Virus record (IMG/VR): IMGVR_UViG_3300006072_000005
DNA length: 64,000 bases
Direction: 5' to 3' (one strand)
Origin: an uncultured virus (IMG/VR IMGVR_UViG_3300006072_000005)
Taxonomy: Duplodnaviria; Heunggongvirae; Uroviricota; Caudoviricetes
This document shows, one piece after another, positions 17,380-31,700 of this stretch. The notes under the pieces were generated by a model. The model saw only the letters and a list, made by a program, of their open reading frames with translations. It was not told the origin of the DNA and searched no databases. The translations under genes and the position numbers were made by a program. Each line of letters starts with the position of its first letter. Position 1 is the first letter of the stretch.

Positions 17380-19350
17380 TTATTCCTTGTTAATCTGTGC
17401 TTTTAATTCTTTAACTTGGCTTGACAATTCCTTAACTGCTTCAATCACTAATGGTAATAACTTTTCGTACTGAACTGTCATGTACTTAGCGTCGATTGGA
17501 GCTGGTTTGATAATTTCTGGCAGGATTGCATTAACTTCTTGAGCAGAAACTCCAACTTCACGTTGAACAGTATATCCCAAATCCTGAGCAGTTTGGTTAG
17601 CTTCAAAGTAAAAACCATTTAATGTTTCTAACTTAGCAAGAGCATCTTCAATTTTGCCCAAACGTGTCTTTAATCTGTCATCTGAGTAGTAAGCAACAAT
17701 GTTGTTTGCCGCATAAATTGTACCACCACCACCGTTAGTGTTAGTACCAACGCCTAGCGAACTAAAATAACCATATGTACTACCAGCATTCATTGTACCG
17801 CCGCCAGTTAAGTTAAACGCTGTTACGCTATTCATTGTGAAAGTTGTAATACCGTTAAAAGTAACTGTACCACCAGACTGTCCAACTGTAAAGTTAGTGT
17901 TGCTGATTGTAGCAGTACCACCGCTAGCACCAATGTTAACTGCTGAACTTGCTCCAGTAAACAAGTTACCTGTACCAGCGTTGGTTGCAATGTTAACAGT
18001 ACCAGTAGCTTGACCGTTGGTCAATAAGTTAAAGTTAACGTTGCTACCACTTTGAATACCAAATGTATTAGAAGTATTGATATACAACCCTTCTGAACTA
18101 ACCCAAGCTGGGTTACCGCCACCGCTTGTTGGACCTAATGTACTGCTTGCCCATTGTAATGTGTGATTACTAGTTCCATATAATAATATGCCGCCGCCGT
18201 TGGCAAATGTATCAGCACTACCTGGAGTAATAGCTGTAATTGTACCAGCTACAGGAGTTGTGCCGCCTGTTACTGTTACCTGAATACTAGTTCCACTTAC
18301 AATGTTGCTTATTACATAACTTGTACCGCCGCCGCCTAAACTACCTGTACCGTTAGTTGCACTAACAGCTTGACCGTTTACCAAGTTGGTAGTGTTGGGC
18401 ATACCGGTAATAGTTGCAATCCAAGGACTGTAGTTAACGTTGCTTACAGTGAATGTTAAGTTGTTAGGACTATTAGTACCACCAAGTAAGTTACCACCAA
18501 TAGTAATTGTATCATTGATTGCATAGTTACTTCCTGGATTAACCAATGTAATTGTAGTTACACCAGTATAAGTTGTACCTGACCCAGTTGTAGTGATGTT
18601 AAAAGTTGCACCCGATCCGCTACCACTTGTAGCAAATTGTCCAACACCACTGTATGTACCTGCACCAGTTACTTTTGTACCAGTAATACTTGTAAATGTT
18701 GTACTACCGCCTAACGCACCACCGATAGTTGTAACAGTACCGCCACCATAAGTAACTGGATTAACATATCCAATTTCAATATTTTTATCTTCTGTACGTA
18801 CTGAACTAGAGTTAAGAACAACTGTTCCGCCTTTTACTAACAATTGATTGTTAATAGTAGTTGTACCAGTGCTAGAACCAATATTGATACTAGTTGCCGC
18901 GCCTGCAAAGTTAACTGTCTGAGTATTTGTATTGTAGATATTGGTGGTACCAGTATTGGTACTAATCAAATCAGCTGAAAAAGTTCCGTTAATACCAAAT
19001 TGATTACCGCCTGGGAATGTAATTATACTATAGTTAGTACCATCAGATCCAATAATACAACTAGATCCTGCTGGCATGGCCAATAAGTTTGTACTAGAAC
19101 CACCTGGTCCGTTAAACACCGGAGAACTAGGACTACCAGCAATATATCCGCTAGGAGCAGAAAGTGTAACAACACCACTAGTGTTGTTAAAATAACTTTG
19201 CGACTGTCCTAAAAATAATGTTGGTCCTGGGATAACCACCGTGTACGGTGCAGATCCTTGAAATTCTGTGTAACCACCTTGTGCAGGTGTTAACAGAGTT
19301 TGTGCTCCGGAAACAATTTCTGTTGCCAGCGATGTATTATAACGTGCCAT
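17380..19350 (-). CDS. Tail fibre protein with C-terminal intramolecular chaperone (peptidase S74 / ICA)
   Basis: Gly/Thr-rich body; YYSDDRLK cleavage motif, VGVSAQEV..ILPE and MTVQYEKLLPLVIEAVKEL coiled coil. Confidence 0.9.
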   Translation of the reverse strand: MARYNTSLATEIVSGAQTLLTPAQGGYTEFQGSAPYTVVIPGPTLFLGQSQSYFNNTSGVVTLSAPSGYIAGSPSSPVFNGPGGSSTNLLAMPAGSSCIIGSDGTNYSIITFPGGNQFGINGTFSADLISTNTGTTNIYNTNTQTVNFAGAATSINIGSSTGTTTINNQLLVKGGTVVLNSSSVRTEDKNIEIGYVNPVTYGGGTVTTIGGALGGSTTFTSITGTKVTGAGTYSGVGQFATSGSGSGATFNITTTGSGTTYTGVTTITLVNPGSNYAINDTITIGGNLLGGTNSPNNLTFTVSNVNYSPWIATITGMPNTTNLVNGQAVSATNGTGSLGGGGTSYVISNIVSGTSIQVTVTGGTTPVAGTITAITPGSADTFANGGGILLYGTSNHTLQWASSTLGPTSGGGNPAWVSSEGLYINTSNTFGIQSGSNVNFNLLTNGQATGTVNIATNAGTGNLFTGASSAVNIGASGGTATISNTNFTVGQSGGTVTFNGITTFTMNSVTAFNLTGGGTMNAGSTYGYFSSLGVGTNTNGGGGTIYAANNIVAYYSDDRLKTRLGKIEDALAKLETLNGFYFEANQTAQDLGYTVQREVGVSAQEVNAILPEIIKPAPIDAKYMTVQYEKLLPLVIEAVKELSSQVKELKAQINKE

Positions 19351-19372
19351 GTTTTATTCTCTCTTATACTAA

Positions 19373-19711
19373 TTATGATGTCGATGTTTCAATTCCGTAA
19401 ACGTTAACGTTTACACCAGCAACGCTTGAGCTAGCAACAATGTTTGCACCAGCTGCCATTACAATTCCTGTACGTTCAAACACACCATAACCAACTACTG
19501 TTGTTAAGTATTCATATGCTTCACTGGCAACCTGAGATGCCGCAGTACTTGCACCTATATATAATCTAATAGTTGCCGCAGAAGCTGTAGTGTTTGTAAA
19601 TGAAATGTTATAAACACCGTAGTAACCGGTTGGTACTGTATAGATTAACGAATAAGTAGACTGTGTACCTGCGTTCAATTGTGTCGTTGCTTTATTTCCT
19701 GATCCTGCCAT
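19373..19711 (-). CDS. Small beta-rich virion or fibre-associated protein (paralogue of 43384-43716 and 48293-48631)
   Basis: 112 aa; IYTVP...ISFTNTTASAATIRLY...IVMAAGANIVA...VNVYGIE pattern. Confidence 0.7.
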   Translation of the reverse strand: MAGSGNKATTQLNAGTQSTYSLIYTVPTGYYGVYNISFTNTTASAATIRLYIGASTAASQVASEAYEYLTTVVGYGVFERTGIVMAAGANIVASSSVAGVNVNVYGIETSTS

Positions 19712-19731
19712 GTTATTTCTCCGTTTTTATT

Positions 19732-22700
19732 TTATCTTGATAAGAAGAATACGGTAGCTACAGGAGCACCGTCAATTCCGCCTGTGAACAGCATCTTACT
19801 GCTAACATAAATTTGATTACCATTTAGGTTACTAATAGTATTACCAGCTATGTATATCTGTCCTGCCGTTAGTGTATTTACGTTCAAACTACTTGATCCG
19901 CCACCAATTTGGGCTGTGATGTAAGATTTAATAGCTTTTTGTGTTGGTAAAATATTGTCACTATTAGCAGTAAAGTACGGATCTGTACTAAATTGCGTAA
20001 TCGTTGCACTATTTACACCTAAACTTACTGAACCTAGTGTCAAACTCTGTAATCCAGCTAAGTTAAATGCGTTGGCATTCAATGTAGCTGTACCAGTCGC
20101 TTGTTGAACTCCAAACAAGTTACCAACGTTAAAGTTACCGTCTTGGTCAGTTGATGTAAAGAATACGCGACCACCAATATTTGGATATGTTTGGTTAGCC
20201 TGAATTGCATTTGCATCAGTAACGTTTGGATAGTTAGTTTGTGTTTGGTTACCTGAGCCAACATACAAGAAGTCATGTCCAGTTAAACGTGTTTGACTGT
20301 ATTTCAATCTTGTAGTAATCAATGCACCGTTCGGTGGAGCAAGATAAGTTGTTAGACTTGGACTTACTTGGAATGTAGCAGTATAGTTACCTGCTTGTCC
20401 TAATTGATTACTTGTAGCAACTAGTTTGTACCATGCGTTAGAAATACTGCTGAACTGTACGTTAGCACCTGCGGCAGGTAATGCATATAAATTAGCAACG
20501 TTAATAAATGCTGTATTCTGGTAGATATCAGCATATCCATCGCCAGTAATACTTGCTGTTGCTGTTGCATTTCCAGCACCACGACATGGGAAACTTGGGT
20601 TACCTAACACACCATCACCTGTACGTACACGAGTTGGTGCTTTGTTAACTTGGTTAGGATCGGTAATAGTTAATGTTGGTCCTGTTGTATATTGCATACC
20701 AGTTGGAGTACTTGTTGTTAATGTAACACTAGTACCAATTGTTGCCAATGCAGATGAAGTTGCAACTTGGAATGTAGTAGATTGAATTGTTGATCCAATT
20801 ACATAGTAAGTTGTTTGTGTGCTTAATCCGCCAGAGCTTACAGTATTGAATTCAATTGGTTGTAGATTATACATGTTTTCTGTTTGATCTACAGTAATTA
20901 AATTCAATGGTCCAACTGTACCAGCTACTGATATGCTACTTGCAGTACCTGCATTAAATGGACTACCATAATAAGTTGAACTGATAGTTAGTGTTGTACC
21001 TGAACTTGTTACTTGTACATAATAAGTTGTGTTTGCAACTACGTTACCAAACCCAGTAGCAAATGTAATTGGTTGGCCAATTGTTAAATTGGTTGCACCG
21101 ATTGTAATTGAATTTCCAGATACGGCTGTTACGGTAACTGTTGTACCAGCAACATACGTAGTTCCAGTAACAACACCTTTAGCAAATCCACTGCCTGGTT
21201 CAATCATACGTATTTCAGTTAAAGCACCACTAGCTACTTTTGTACGTGCCAACGGTGTTGCACCGGTATGAATACTTGCCGCTACTGTACCAGATTGGTT
21301 ACTTGCGGTTACCCATAGTGGTGTGTAACCAGTTGTTGTAACTAATGGATTACCAAATGATGGAGTGATCCAACTTGCGTATGTTGGCAATGTTTGCTGT
21401 GTCCAGTTGATACCGTCCCAACTTGTTGCCGCGATGTTTGTACCAATTGTACTTGTCCATGCACCTGTGTCATTAACTAATGTAATTACTGGAGATAAAG
21501 TACTACTTGCACTTACAGTAATCTGATTGCCTGCAATACTAGCAATATAGTATGTATTACCTGAAATCAAGTTACCAAATAATGAACCTGCTTGTGCAGT
21601 CCAAGATCCGCCAGCGTTAGTAACTACCGCATTGGTTCCACCATAAATTGTACTTACTGATATTAGTGTACTTCCAACAATTTCAGTAATGAAATATGTC
21701 GAGCCGGATGTTAATCCACCAAATGTTGCACCTTCAGTTACTGACCATGATCCATTTCCGTTTGTTACAGTTAAGTTAGAACCGCCATAAGTTGTACTTA
21801 CAGTGATTGTACCGTTTACACCCGGAGTTGGAATGCTTGTAACGTAGTATGTTGTACCGCTTGTAATACTACCAAAAGCGGCACCTGCTACAAATGTCCA
21901 TACACCTGTACCGTTAGCAATAGTTACCGATGAACCATTGTATACTGTACTAATTGTAATATTACTGCCTGCTACACTAGTGATATAGAATGTAGTACTA
22001 GCTGTTAAATTACCGCCGCCTAATGTCGCACCAGCTGTTACGCTAACACTTTGACCAGTAGTTGTTACTAAAGTCAAATCACTTGTGGCACCATACACAG
22101 TACCTACAGCAAGCTGGTTAGTACTAATAGTTTTAGTAATATAATATGTGTTACCTGAAATCAAGTTACCTACGTTAGTAGCAACTGTAAATGTTTCACC
22201 AATTAACATACCGCTGTTAGAGTTAACAGTGATAATGTTTAATGTACCTGTAATACTTGTACTAGTTTGTGTAAATCCTGAACTTGTACTTACGTTCCAA
22301 GTACTACCGTTACCACTACCAGATATATTTGATATAATATATGTTCCAGCAGGAATACTACCACCTGAAATAACAGCTCCTGGAGTGATTGTACCTGCAC
22401 TCAAAGTACCAACAGTTAATATACTGTTAGTAATACTAGAACTTGATAATGTAAATGATCCGTTAGTTGTAGCAGTTAATGTAGTTGTTTGACTAACTGC
22501 TGTGAACACAATAGTTTCACCTTGTACTAAACCAGTAGTTGAGTTCAATGTAATTGTGTTACCAGTACTAGATGTAGAAGTAATATTACCAGTTTGGGTC
22601 ACTGCTGTAAACACGACTGGAGCACCTACCGCCATACCAACAGTTGTACCAACTGTTAACAAGTTACCAGTAGCGGCTGTTGTAGTCAATGTTGTGCTAA

Positions 22701-25700
22701 CAATATTACTCGTAAACACTATTGGTTCGCCCACTGACATACCGGCTGTGTTTCCAACTGTAATTGTATTTTGTGTACCAGTGATTGCACCAGCTGCCGC
22801 TGTTTGACTTGGAGTAATTGTCCAGCTTTGTCCGCCAATTGTCTGAGCACTTGAAATAGTTAATGCACTAGTATTCAATGTGTATGTACCAGTTCCGCCT
22901 GCTGTATAGAAGTTATAAGTACCAGTAGCATTTGACCCAGCAATAGTTGCCGCCGCGCCTCCTGCGACTCCCACGGCTAATGGAACTGTTGTACTACCAG
23001 GAACATATGAACTTGCTACTACTGTTCCTGATGGGATGCCTGTACCAATAATTAATTGGCCTGCTACGATACCTGTTCCAGTATTAACAACAAAAGAACT
23101 TGCACCAATAGTACCACCAGATGCCCAACTTGGACTTGCTACTGCACTTGCAGAGCTTGTATTTTGATATGCAATATAAGCAGTCAATCCGCCTGTTATT
23201 GTTGTAGATGGAACTAATGAGCCAGTGTTAGCTACCCATGCATTACCGGTTACAGTAACACTGGTTACTAAACTAGTAGTGCTAATAAAGTATTGTCCAG
23301 CAGTACCAGGAATATAACCGTTGTATGTTCCGCCACCGATTGTTGCATATAATGGCTGACTTAATGTAATTGTTGTGTTGGTTGCAACTGAAACAGCAAC
23401 TACATAAGTGTTATAGAACAAACTACCGCCAGTAATTAATTGTCCTACAGCGAATCCAGTCGATGAACCAGATATTACTAGTGTAGTAGTACCAATTGTT
23501 CCGCTTACTCCTGTACCTGTACCTACCGCACTACTTGTAGTACTGATTTGTCCAGTAATATATGTACCAGCGGTAATTGTACCAGTACCGCCTGTACTAG
23601 CCAATACCATACCTGGTATTAATGTATTATTGTTGATAGTACCAGTTGTTGTAAGTACATATGGTGTGCCTGTCAATGCAGTTGAACTAACTACTGTTGC
23701 TACGCTGACAATCCACTGACCGGTTGAGCTAGTTGGAGTTGTTGATGAACCGTATGGTGCAACAATAGTTGTGCCAGCTGTAACACCTGTACCACTTAGA
23801 ATATAACCTGGTTGAATACCAACACCGCTTGGTGTTGAAGACACAGTTAAAATACCTTGTCCGTTAACTATAGAAACACTACCGTTGAATGTAACTACTG
23901 TGCTTGGAGATGCTGTTCCAGTAATTGTGCTACCTGAAGTAGTTGGATTTGAAACAATATAAGTAGCACCAGTAGTTATATTTGTACCGCTCAACTGACT
24001 ACCTGTTGTAATTACACCAGTAGTTGTACCTGCTGGTACAAATACACCAGTTTGTACACCACTTGGATAGTACGTGTTCCAAATGTATGAACTTGTAGTG
24101 TTAAATTGTGCGCCAGTTAATGCCATTCCAGGTTGTACACTATAAGCACTGGTTGTACCAGTACCAGTAACTGTACCGCCAATGGTCAATATAGATCCTG
24201 CAATCGTTGACGATGTTGAATTAAATGTATTGCTACCAGTAATGTAAGTTCCTGATGTCACATTTGAACCAGTCAAATACATACCTAGTGCAAACGGACC
24301 TAAACCAACTGGTGCAGTTAATGTTGTACCTGCGTTGCCTGCAATACCGTTAGAAATAAACGATGTTGACAATCCAATTGCTGTTGCATTAATTGTCTGA
24401 CTAGCCACTGTAGTTTCAGTCACTGCTGTTGGAACAATAGTATTTCCTACGTTCAAACCGGCTGTACTGCTTAATGTAATCAAGTTACCACTTGAAGTAG
24501 TAGCTGTCATTGTAGGAGTTGGTCCTGTTGCTGTTGCAAAGAACTGTCCTTCTCCGTATGAGATTCCCCAGTTTTGTGCTAATGGTAAGTATGTACCGTT
24601 ATTTGCTACACTTGAGTACCAAGTTACACCACCGTTGTTGCTGTATGCAACAATATTGCTACCTGCGGCTACTGCAACAAAACGTCCGTTACCATAAGTT
24701 ACGCTAGACCAGTTAGCAACTGACGGTAATGCACCACCAGTAGTCCATGTTAAACCGTTAGTACTGTAAGCTGTTGATGTACTGTTAGTTGCGATAGCTA
24801 CAAACATACCTGTAGTTGTTGCACTAGATCCTGGTCCAGTCCAGCCAAATGCCACAGATGTAAACGCTTGTGTTGCACCGCTTGGAGCTGTTCTGCCAGT
24901 CCATGTAACACCGTCTGGACTAGATGTAATAATAGCACTGGCATTAGATGTTGTTCCAGTGTAACCAACTGCAACATAAATTCCGTTACCATAAGTTAAA
25001 CTGTTAAATCCAGCGGATGGAAGTGCGTTACCAGAAGTCCAAGATGATCCTAAATTAGCTACTGTACTATAAGCTGTTGCTGTAGTTGTTGTAGAAATTG
25101 CAACAAATTTAGCACTAGTATCTAATATTGTAATAGTAGGAGTTGCAGTATAACCGTAACCAATGTTAGTAATTGTGTAACTGCTGACACCGTAATCTGT
25201 CAATGTTGGAGTTGCAGTTGCGGCAGTACCTACGAATGTCAATGACACACCATATGTTCCTGCAGATCCTGTACCTGTTGTAAACGTTGGAGCAGTTGAT
25301 GAAAATGTTCCGCTCGATGTTGCTAGGTAATAGTTTGTAGCTTGAGTTGCACCACTATAATAGTAATAGTATGAGCCACTTGTTGCACTCGAACTTCCAC
25401 TCCAAACAGTTCCACTAAATGGAGCACTGATTGTTACGCTAACGTTTCCGCTATTGAAATAATTTTTACCCCAAGTGATAGGAGTAATCGCAGTAATAGC
25501 ACTAGTTACAACTGTTACAGTCGGTGCTGAAGTATATCCAGAACCATTAACTGTAATAATAACTGATTGAATTACTCCGTTAAGAACAACTGCTGTTCCT
25601 TGGGCACCGGTACCGCCACCACCTGTAAACAATAATGATGGAGCAGTATTATAGTTGTAACCGCCGTTAATTACGTTGACTCCAACTACTTGTCCTAAAC

Positions 25701-28700
25701 TTGTTCCAGTACCAATCACTGCTGTCAACTGAGCACCAGATCCGCCAAATCCACCTAGTGTTACTGTTGCGGCAGCACTTTGACCTCCACCGTAAACAAC
25801 GTTTGTAAATGCAGAAGCTGTTAATGCACCACCTGGAGTCCATGTTTTACCGTTAGTGCTAATTGCAGTCGATGTACTACCATTGGCAATTGCTACATAA
25901 TTTCCAGCACCGTATGTAATACTTGACCAGATTGCTGTAGCTGGTAATGTTCTTGCTGTTGCGGCATAACCTGGACCTGTGAATGAAACATAAGGTTCAA
26001 TAATATATGCTGTAGTTAAATCTAATGTGTTAACTATAGGAGTACCTGGTACAACATGATCCCAACCAGCGGCATATAAGCTGACTGTTTGTCCACTAGT
26101 TGCTGTTAAACCAGTAATTGCAGAACCGCCTGATGTTAATGCTAGTGTAAACTGAGTTGTACTTGAAATAGCCTGTACATAATAAACTTGATATGCAGTC
26201 AAATTCATATTAGTAGCGGTTGTACTCAAGTAAATTGGCATACCAACATATAATGTTGCAGTACTTGCCACAGTTAATGCAGTAGTACTTGAACTGGTAA
26301 CAGTTAAGGTTGCAAATGTTGTACGAATAATTTGTGCAATTTTACTACCGTTAGTATAAGTTAGTATTGACGCATATTGTCCAACACCTGTACCAGCAGT
26401 AATTTGTACTTTCATTCCGTTATATGAACCAGTCAATGCTACGTCGGCTGCCGCAATAGTAATATAACCTACTGCACCGCCTTGGCCTACGTTAACAGAA
26501 CTTACATAACTTGAACCGCCAACACCTAAACCATTGTTTAAGTCAATTAAACGTGATTCAAATACACCAGCATCACGGAACTCATCTGCAAAAGAAAGAA
26601 TGTTATAACCTGATCCACTAATTGTTGGTATAGCATTGGTGTAGTTTGTACCTGCATTTTCGTATTCTAAACGTAAAATTTGTGTTGTACTATCTGTAAC
26701 CACGTTAGTAACTTGAGGTCCGTAACTTCTGTTATTTACAGTACCGTAAATTGGAGTTTCAAATGTGTCAACACCTTCGGCAACTACACCGTATGTACCA
26801 TATGAACTGTTACCGTTAGTAGCACGAATGCGTCCTCCTAATTCACTCATGTATCCAGCGTAGCTGTAGTAGTTAAACACTGAAACAAGTTCTGATAATG
26901 AACCTGTTCCAGTTGTCCACCAACCGATACCATCGCCGATAACACAAGTATAGTCGTTTGCAACCATTGATTTGTATCCACCGGCATGCAATGCACCGTC
27001 AACTTTGGCGCCAACGCAAGCGTAACCGAACATTGTACAATTTTGTACGAATGTTGAACGTGCATAGACCCATGCATTTTGATCGTTTGGTCCAAAGCCT
27101 GGATCTAAACTTGCATACGCACCTGCTGTTGGTCGACGTGTTCCATAAGCATTTGCTGTACTTAAAACACCAGTCAATCCGTTCATAGTTTGATTACGAA
27201 TACCACATGCATTTCTTACTAGATAGAAGTTTTGTGTTGTAGATCCTGCCACCGCGTTAACATAAAGTTCTGCGGCACGCATTGATTTCCAGTTACCTGT
27301 ATAATTAATATCATAAATCAACGCATTGATAAAGTTTGTTGTATCGCGTACACACTTAGCATAGTTATAGTAGTAGCCTACAGTTAAACTTCCTAACGAA
27401 CCTGTTGCTAATGTAAATGTTGTTTGTGTACCTGTGCCATATTGAGTTGCACTGATAGTAAATGTTGTTGAGCTTGGCACAGTTAAAACATAATAAGTAG
27501 TACCAGCAACAATATTGCTTGAACCAACAGTACCAGTAAACACTACTGGGTCATTTACTAATAAATTATGTGCGCCACTTGTATTAACAACACTACCAGA
27601 TGTTATACTGGATACTGTACCGCCGTAACTTGCTACTGTATAAGCAGATGCTTCTGCGGCCAGGAATGGAATGTTAGCACGAAGAATTTCTGTGCCTTGA
27701 ATTGTTAGAACGTTATCATTGTAAGTTAATGAACCATTAATCATTGGATTATTTAAATATGGCCATGTCACTGTTGCTCCAGCAGTGGTTGTAGCTGACA
27801 TACCAGTTACTGTATTAGTAATTGTGTATGCTGTACCACTCTTAAAGCTGTTGGTCAATGTTAATGTTGCGGCAGGAACTGTTACAGTAATACCAGTAAT
27901 TGTTCCACCTGATGTTGTTGATGTTACAGCACTTCCGCCTAATGTTGCTGACAATTGGAAAGCTGTTGATGTTGGATTACCAATAATATAATATGTTGCA
28001 CCACTAGTATAACCAGTGATACTACCAGCTGAGAACGTACCAGTAATAACAACTGGCTGTCCTACTGTTAATGTTACTGAACTTGTTGCACAACTGAATA
28101 CACCTGTTGTACTAGTAATTGCCAATGTGCTTAATGTTGCGGCAGATTGCAATGAATTAATCCAGTATGTAGTATTATTCCATAGTCCGCCTGCGTTATT
28201 GAATGCCATTGTCATTGTACCAGTTGCTGATATCAATGCCACATTACCGCCACCAAATGTTAAACTAACAGTAATTGTACCGTTAGTTCCAGGTGTTGGG
28301 ATACTTGCAATATAGTATAACTGGCTTGGAACAATATTACCAAATACTGTACCTGTGAAGTACACTTGCTGTCCAACTGATAAGCCTGTTGTAGTTGCAA
28401 CTGTAATTAAATTGCTGGTTGTTGTAGTAGCTGTTGCTGTTACAGAACCTAAAGCTGGTAAACCTGAGAATGTAATTGGCATGTTAGTTGGCATACCTGC
28501 TGTACTTCCAAGTGTTACAATATTGCTAGATGTTTGTACACCAGCTACTGTAGTTGAATAACTACTTGATACAAATCCTAATGACAATGTTAAACCTTGT
28601 CCTGAACTTGTAGTTGTTGTTGCTTGTGCGGCACTGTATAAACTTGTGTTGTTCCAGTTACCACCAGATGTTACTGTTACAGATGCGATAGTATTATAGT

Positions 28701-31700
28701 ATGTACCAATAGTTACTACGCCAACTGCTCCAGTAACTGTACCACCTGTAAATGAACCAGGTGTTCCCGCCACTGCATTTGCATAACTGCTAGATAAACT
28801 TACAGTAAAACTGTTGTTTACACCAGTTGTTACATAATATGTGCCTGCTGACATACCGCCTGCGGCTGCCGCAAGAGTAACAGATGTACCTTTAACTAAT
28901 GTTTGAGCACTACTAAATGTTGCTAAACCACCAGCAGTAATGTATGTGATAGTTTGTCCAGTAGTTGCTGGAGTCAACGATACTGAGAATGTAGCTGTAC
29001 CGCCCGATGTTGTTACAGTAATTACGTCTGCTGTACCATAGGCAATAGTCTGTGTACCTGCAAGAATTGCTGAACCAACAGTATTAAACGCTACTTGTCC
29101 ATTGATCTTAGTTACGATATCATCAATCAATGTTTGTGCTTGAACTGTCGAACCTGCACTTGCAATTTGTTTTGCTTTAAATCCAATAAATGTTATTGCA
29201 CCGGTTGTTGCATTCAATTCTTGGTTTGTATTTGCCACTAATGCCAACGCACTTGCGTTTAAACGATTAAATGCACGACCGCATGCAATACTATTAAAGT
29301 TAGTACCAAATAAAACATCCCAAGCTAATGCCAATGCAATATAACCAGCATCGCGTTGAGTTAATGATTGACTGATTGGATATGCTTGATAATATTTTTG
29401 AACCCAAACTTGAGCATCGCTTGCAATTTCGGTTTGTCTTGCAATTAAATTATTATATGCTGTTTGTAAGTATTGATTGGTTACTAAGGCATACGCACCG
29501 CTTGTTACTGGTGTGAATGTTGACAATGCTGTAAATGTTGTACCAGTATTGCCACTAGTACTCAACGTATAAGTACCTGCACCGTTAGCTGGATAGAATA
29601 AGTATGCACCTGTACCGCCAGTTGACGTAAAGTTTTGTGGAGCACCAAACGCATTAACTACGGTAATACTTGTTCCGCTAATATATGATGAGCTAACATA
29701 AGATCCAGCTGGAAGGTTAGTACCTGTAATTAATTGTCCTGCCGCAATACCTGTTGCACTTGAAACCACAAATGTATTAGTACCAGCTGATCCTCCGCTG
29801 GCTAATGTTGTAGCCGCTGTTGCACTTGCAGAACTTGTTAATTGATTAACAATATATGTACCTGCCACAACACCTGTACCAGTTAACATAGAACCAATAT
29901 AAATTCCATTACCTGTTCCTGAAGTAACAGTTAAAGTTGTACCACTCACACTACCGACTAGTGTTAATGTAGTTGCATTACTTGTAGCATTTTGTAACCA
30001 GTAAATTACATCACCAACGCGGCCTGCGGCAAAACTTGCGGCTGCGGCTGAACCTGCTGAACCGCCAGTTGACTGCGTTACAGAGTTACCGCTTGTTGCT
30101 GTTACACTTGTACCTGTAACTATCTGACTGATAATTGCTTGTAAACGTTGTAGTGCTCCAACAGTTGCGGCATTGTATGATGCTAAGATTTGTGGAATTT
30201 GTAAACTGTAATAAGAGCTACCATTAATAATACTTTGATTATTACAACCATAAGTCATATCGTACTGTAGGCCATCTAATACGAAACCGATATCACGTAA
30301 TGTTTCTGTTTGGTTTGTACCGCCAAATGTTGTCCACACGCTACTATAATATGTATTTAGATATGCGGCAATTTCTGCTTTGATAAACAAATAGTTATTT
30401 TGAATCTGTGTTATACCGTATCCAAATCCTACTAGATAACTTGTATTGTATCCAGTTAATTGTGGGATAGTGATTGCAGGAGTCTTTGGAAGACCGTTAT
30501 AAATCATATCATTAATTAAACTAACACTTGTGTTAATTTGATTAACTACGGTTGTGCTTCCTACATCGCCTGCTGGTAATCCAGTAGCTTGGCCACTTAC
30601 AACTCCGCCACTTACATAAGATGCAGAAGTAGTGGAAGTATAACTCACACTATTAGTTGTTACAGCAGTTACAATGTAACTTCCGTTATAACCAGAAGGG
30701 TTTACACTAGTTACAGTAATATATTGATTTACGTTAAATGGTGCAGATGTCTGTGATGCAAAAGTTAATGTTGCAACAGAACCAGTACCGCTTGCACCTG
30801 TTACAGTCAAATACTGAGTATTACCCGATGTTGGTGTAATTGCAGTATTTTGTAATAAATTTGGAATTAAACTTTGAATACGTGTTAACGAATTGATTGA
30901 TCTTGTTTTATCATTAATCATATTCAAATTTGGACCTGCTGGTTGAACTACGGTACCACGTAATTCGTCACCGATAATAGAAGTGTATGATGGAACTACA
31001 ATTGGTAGTACTTCATTATATGTTCCTGTCTTAACAAAAATAGTTGTGTTTGGTGTAGCCGCTGGCTGTACGTTTGTTGTATAACCAAGAGTCAGTGGGC
31101 TAGTGATAATTGAAATTAAATTAGCTACTCTTGCAACACCAGTAAGTTCTGCTGTATATCCTGTATTGATTTGTTGTGTTGCTCGTGCAACGTTAACTGT
31201 ACCGCCACTTACATAAGAAGTAGTTGTTGTGCTTGCATAACTTACACTTGTTAATGTACTTGCAACAACAATGTATGTGCCGTTATATCCGCTTGGGTTG
31301 ACCCCTGCAACTGTAATAAATTGTCCAACAGGATAAACATAAGGTTGTGTTGCAAATGTAATTGTTGCAACTGCGCCAGTACCGCTAGCACCAGTAATAG
31401 TTACACCTGGCCATACTGTACTTTGATAGCTTACTGCGGCCGATGTGTTTGTTAATACATAGTTTGTTGCTAATGTATTCAAATAATTCAATGCTGATAC
31501 AAATGGAGGAATATCATATGCATTCACATTAGTTGCAAAGGTTGTGGAATTTGCAAAATATGCCAATGCATTAGTTGTTGTTTTGTAGTTGCCGCCACGG
31601 CCGATATCAAATAACAAACCATCAATAACTGTTCCGGTATCGCGTTCTGTTTTAGCTTGATTGTAACTGTAAGTACCGATGTTTGCAGAACCTGTGCCTA

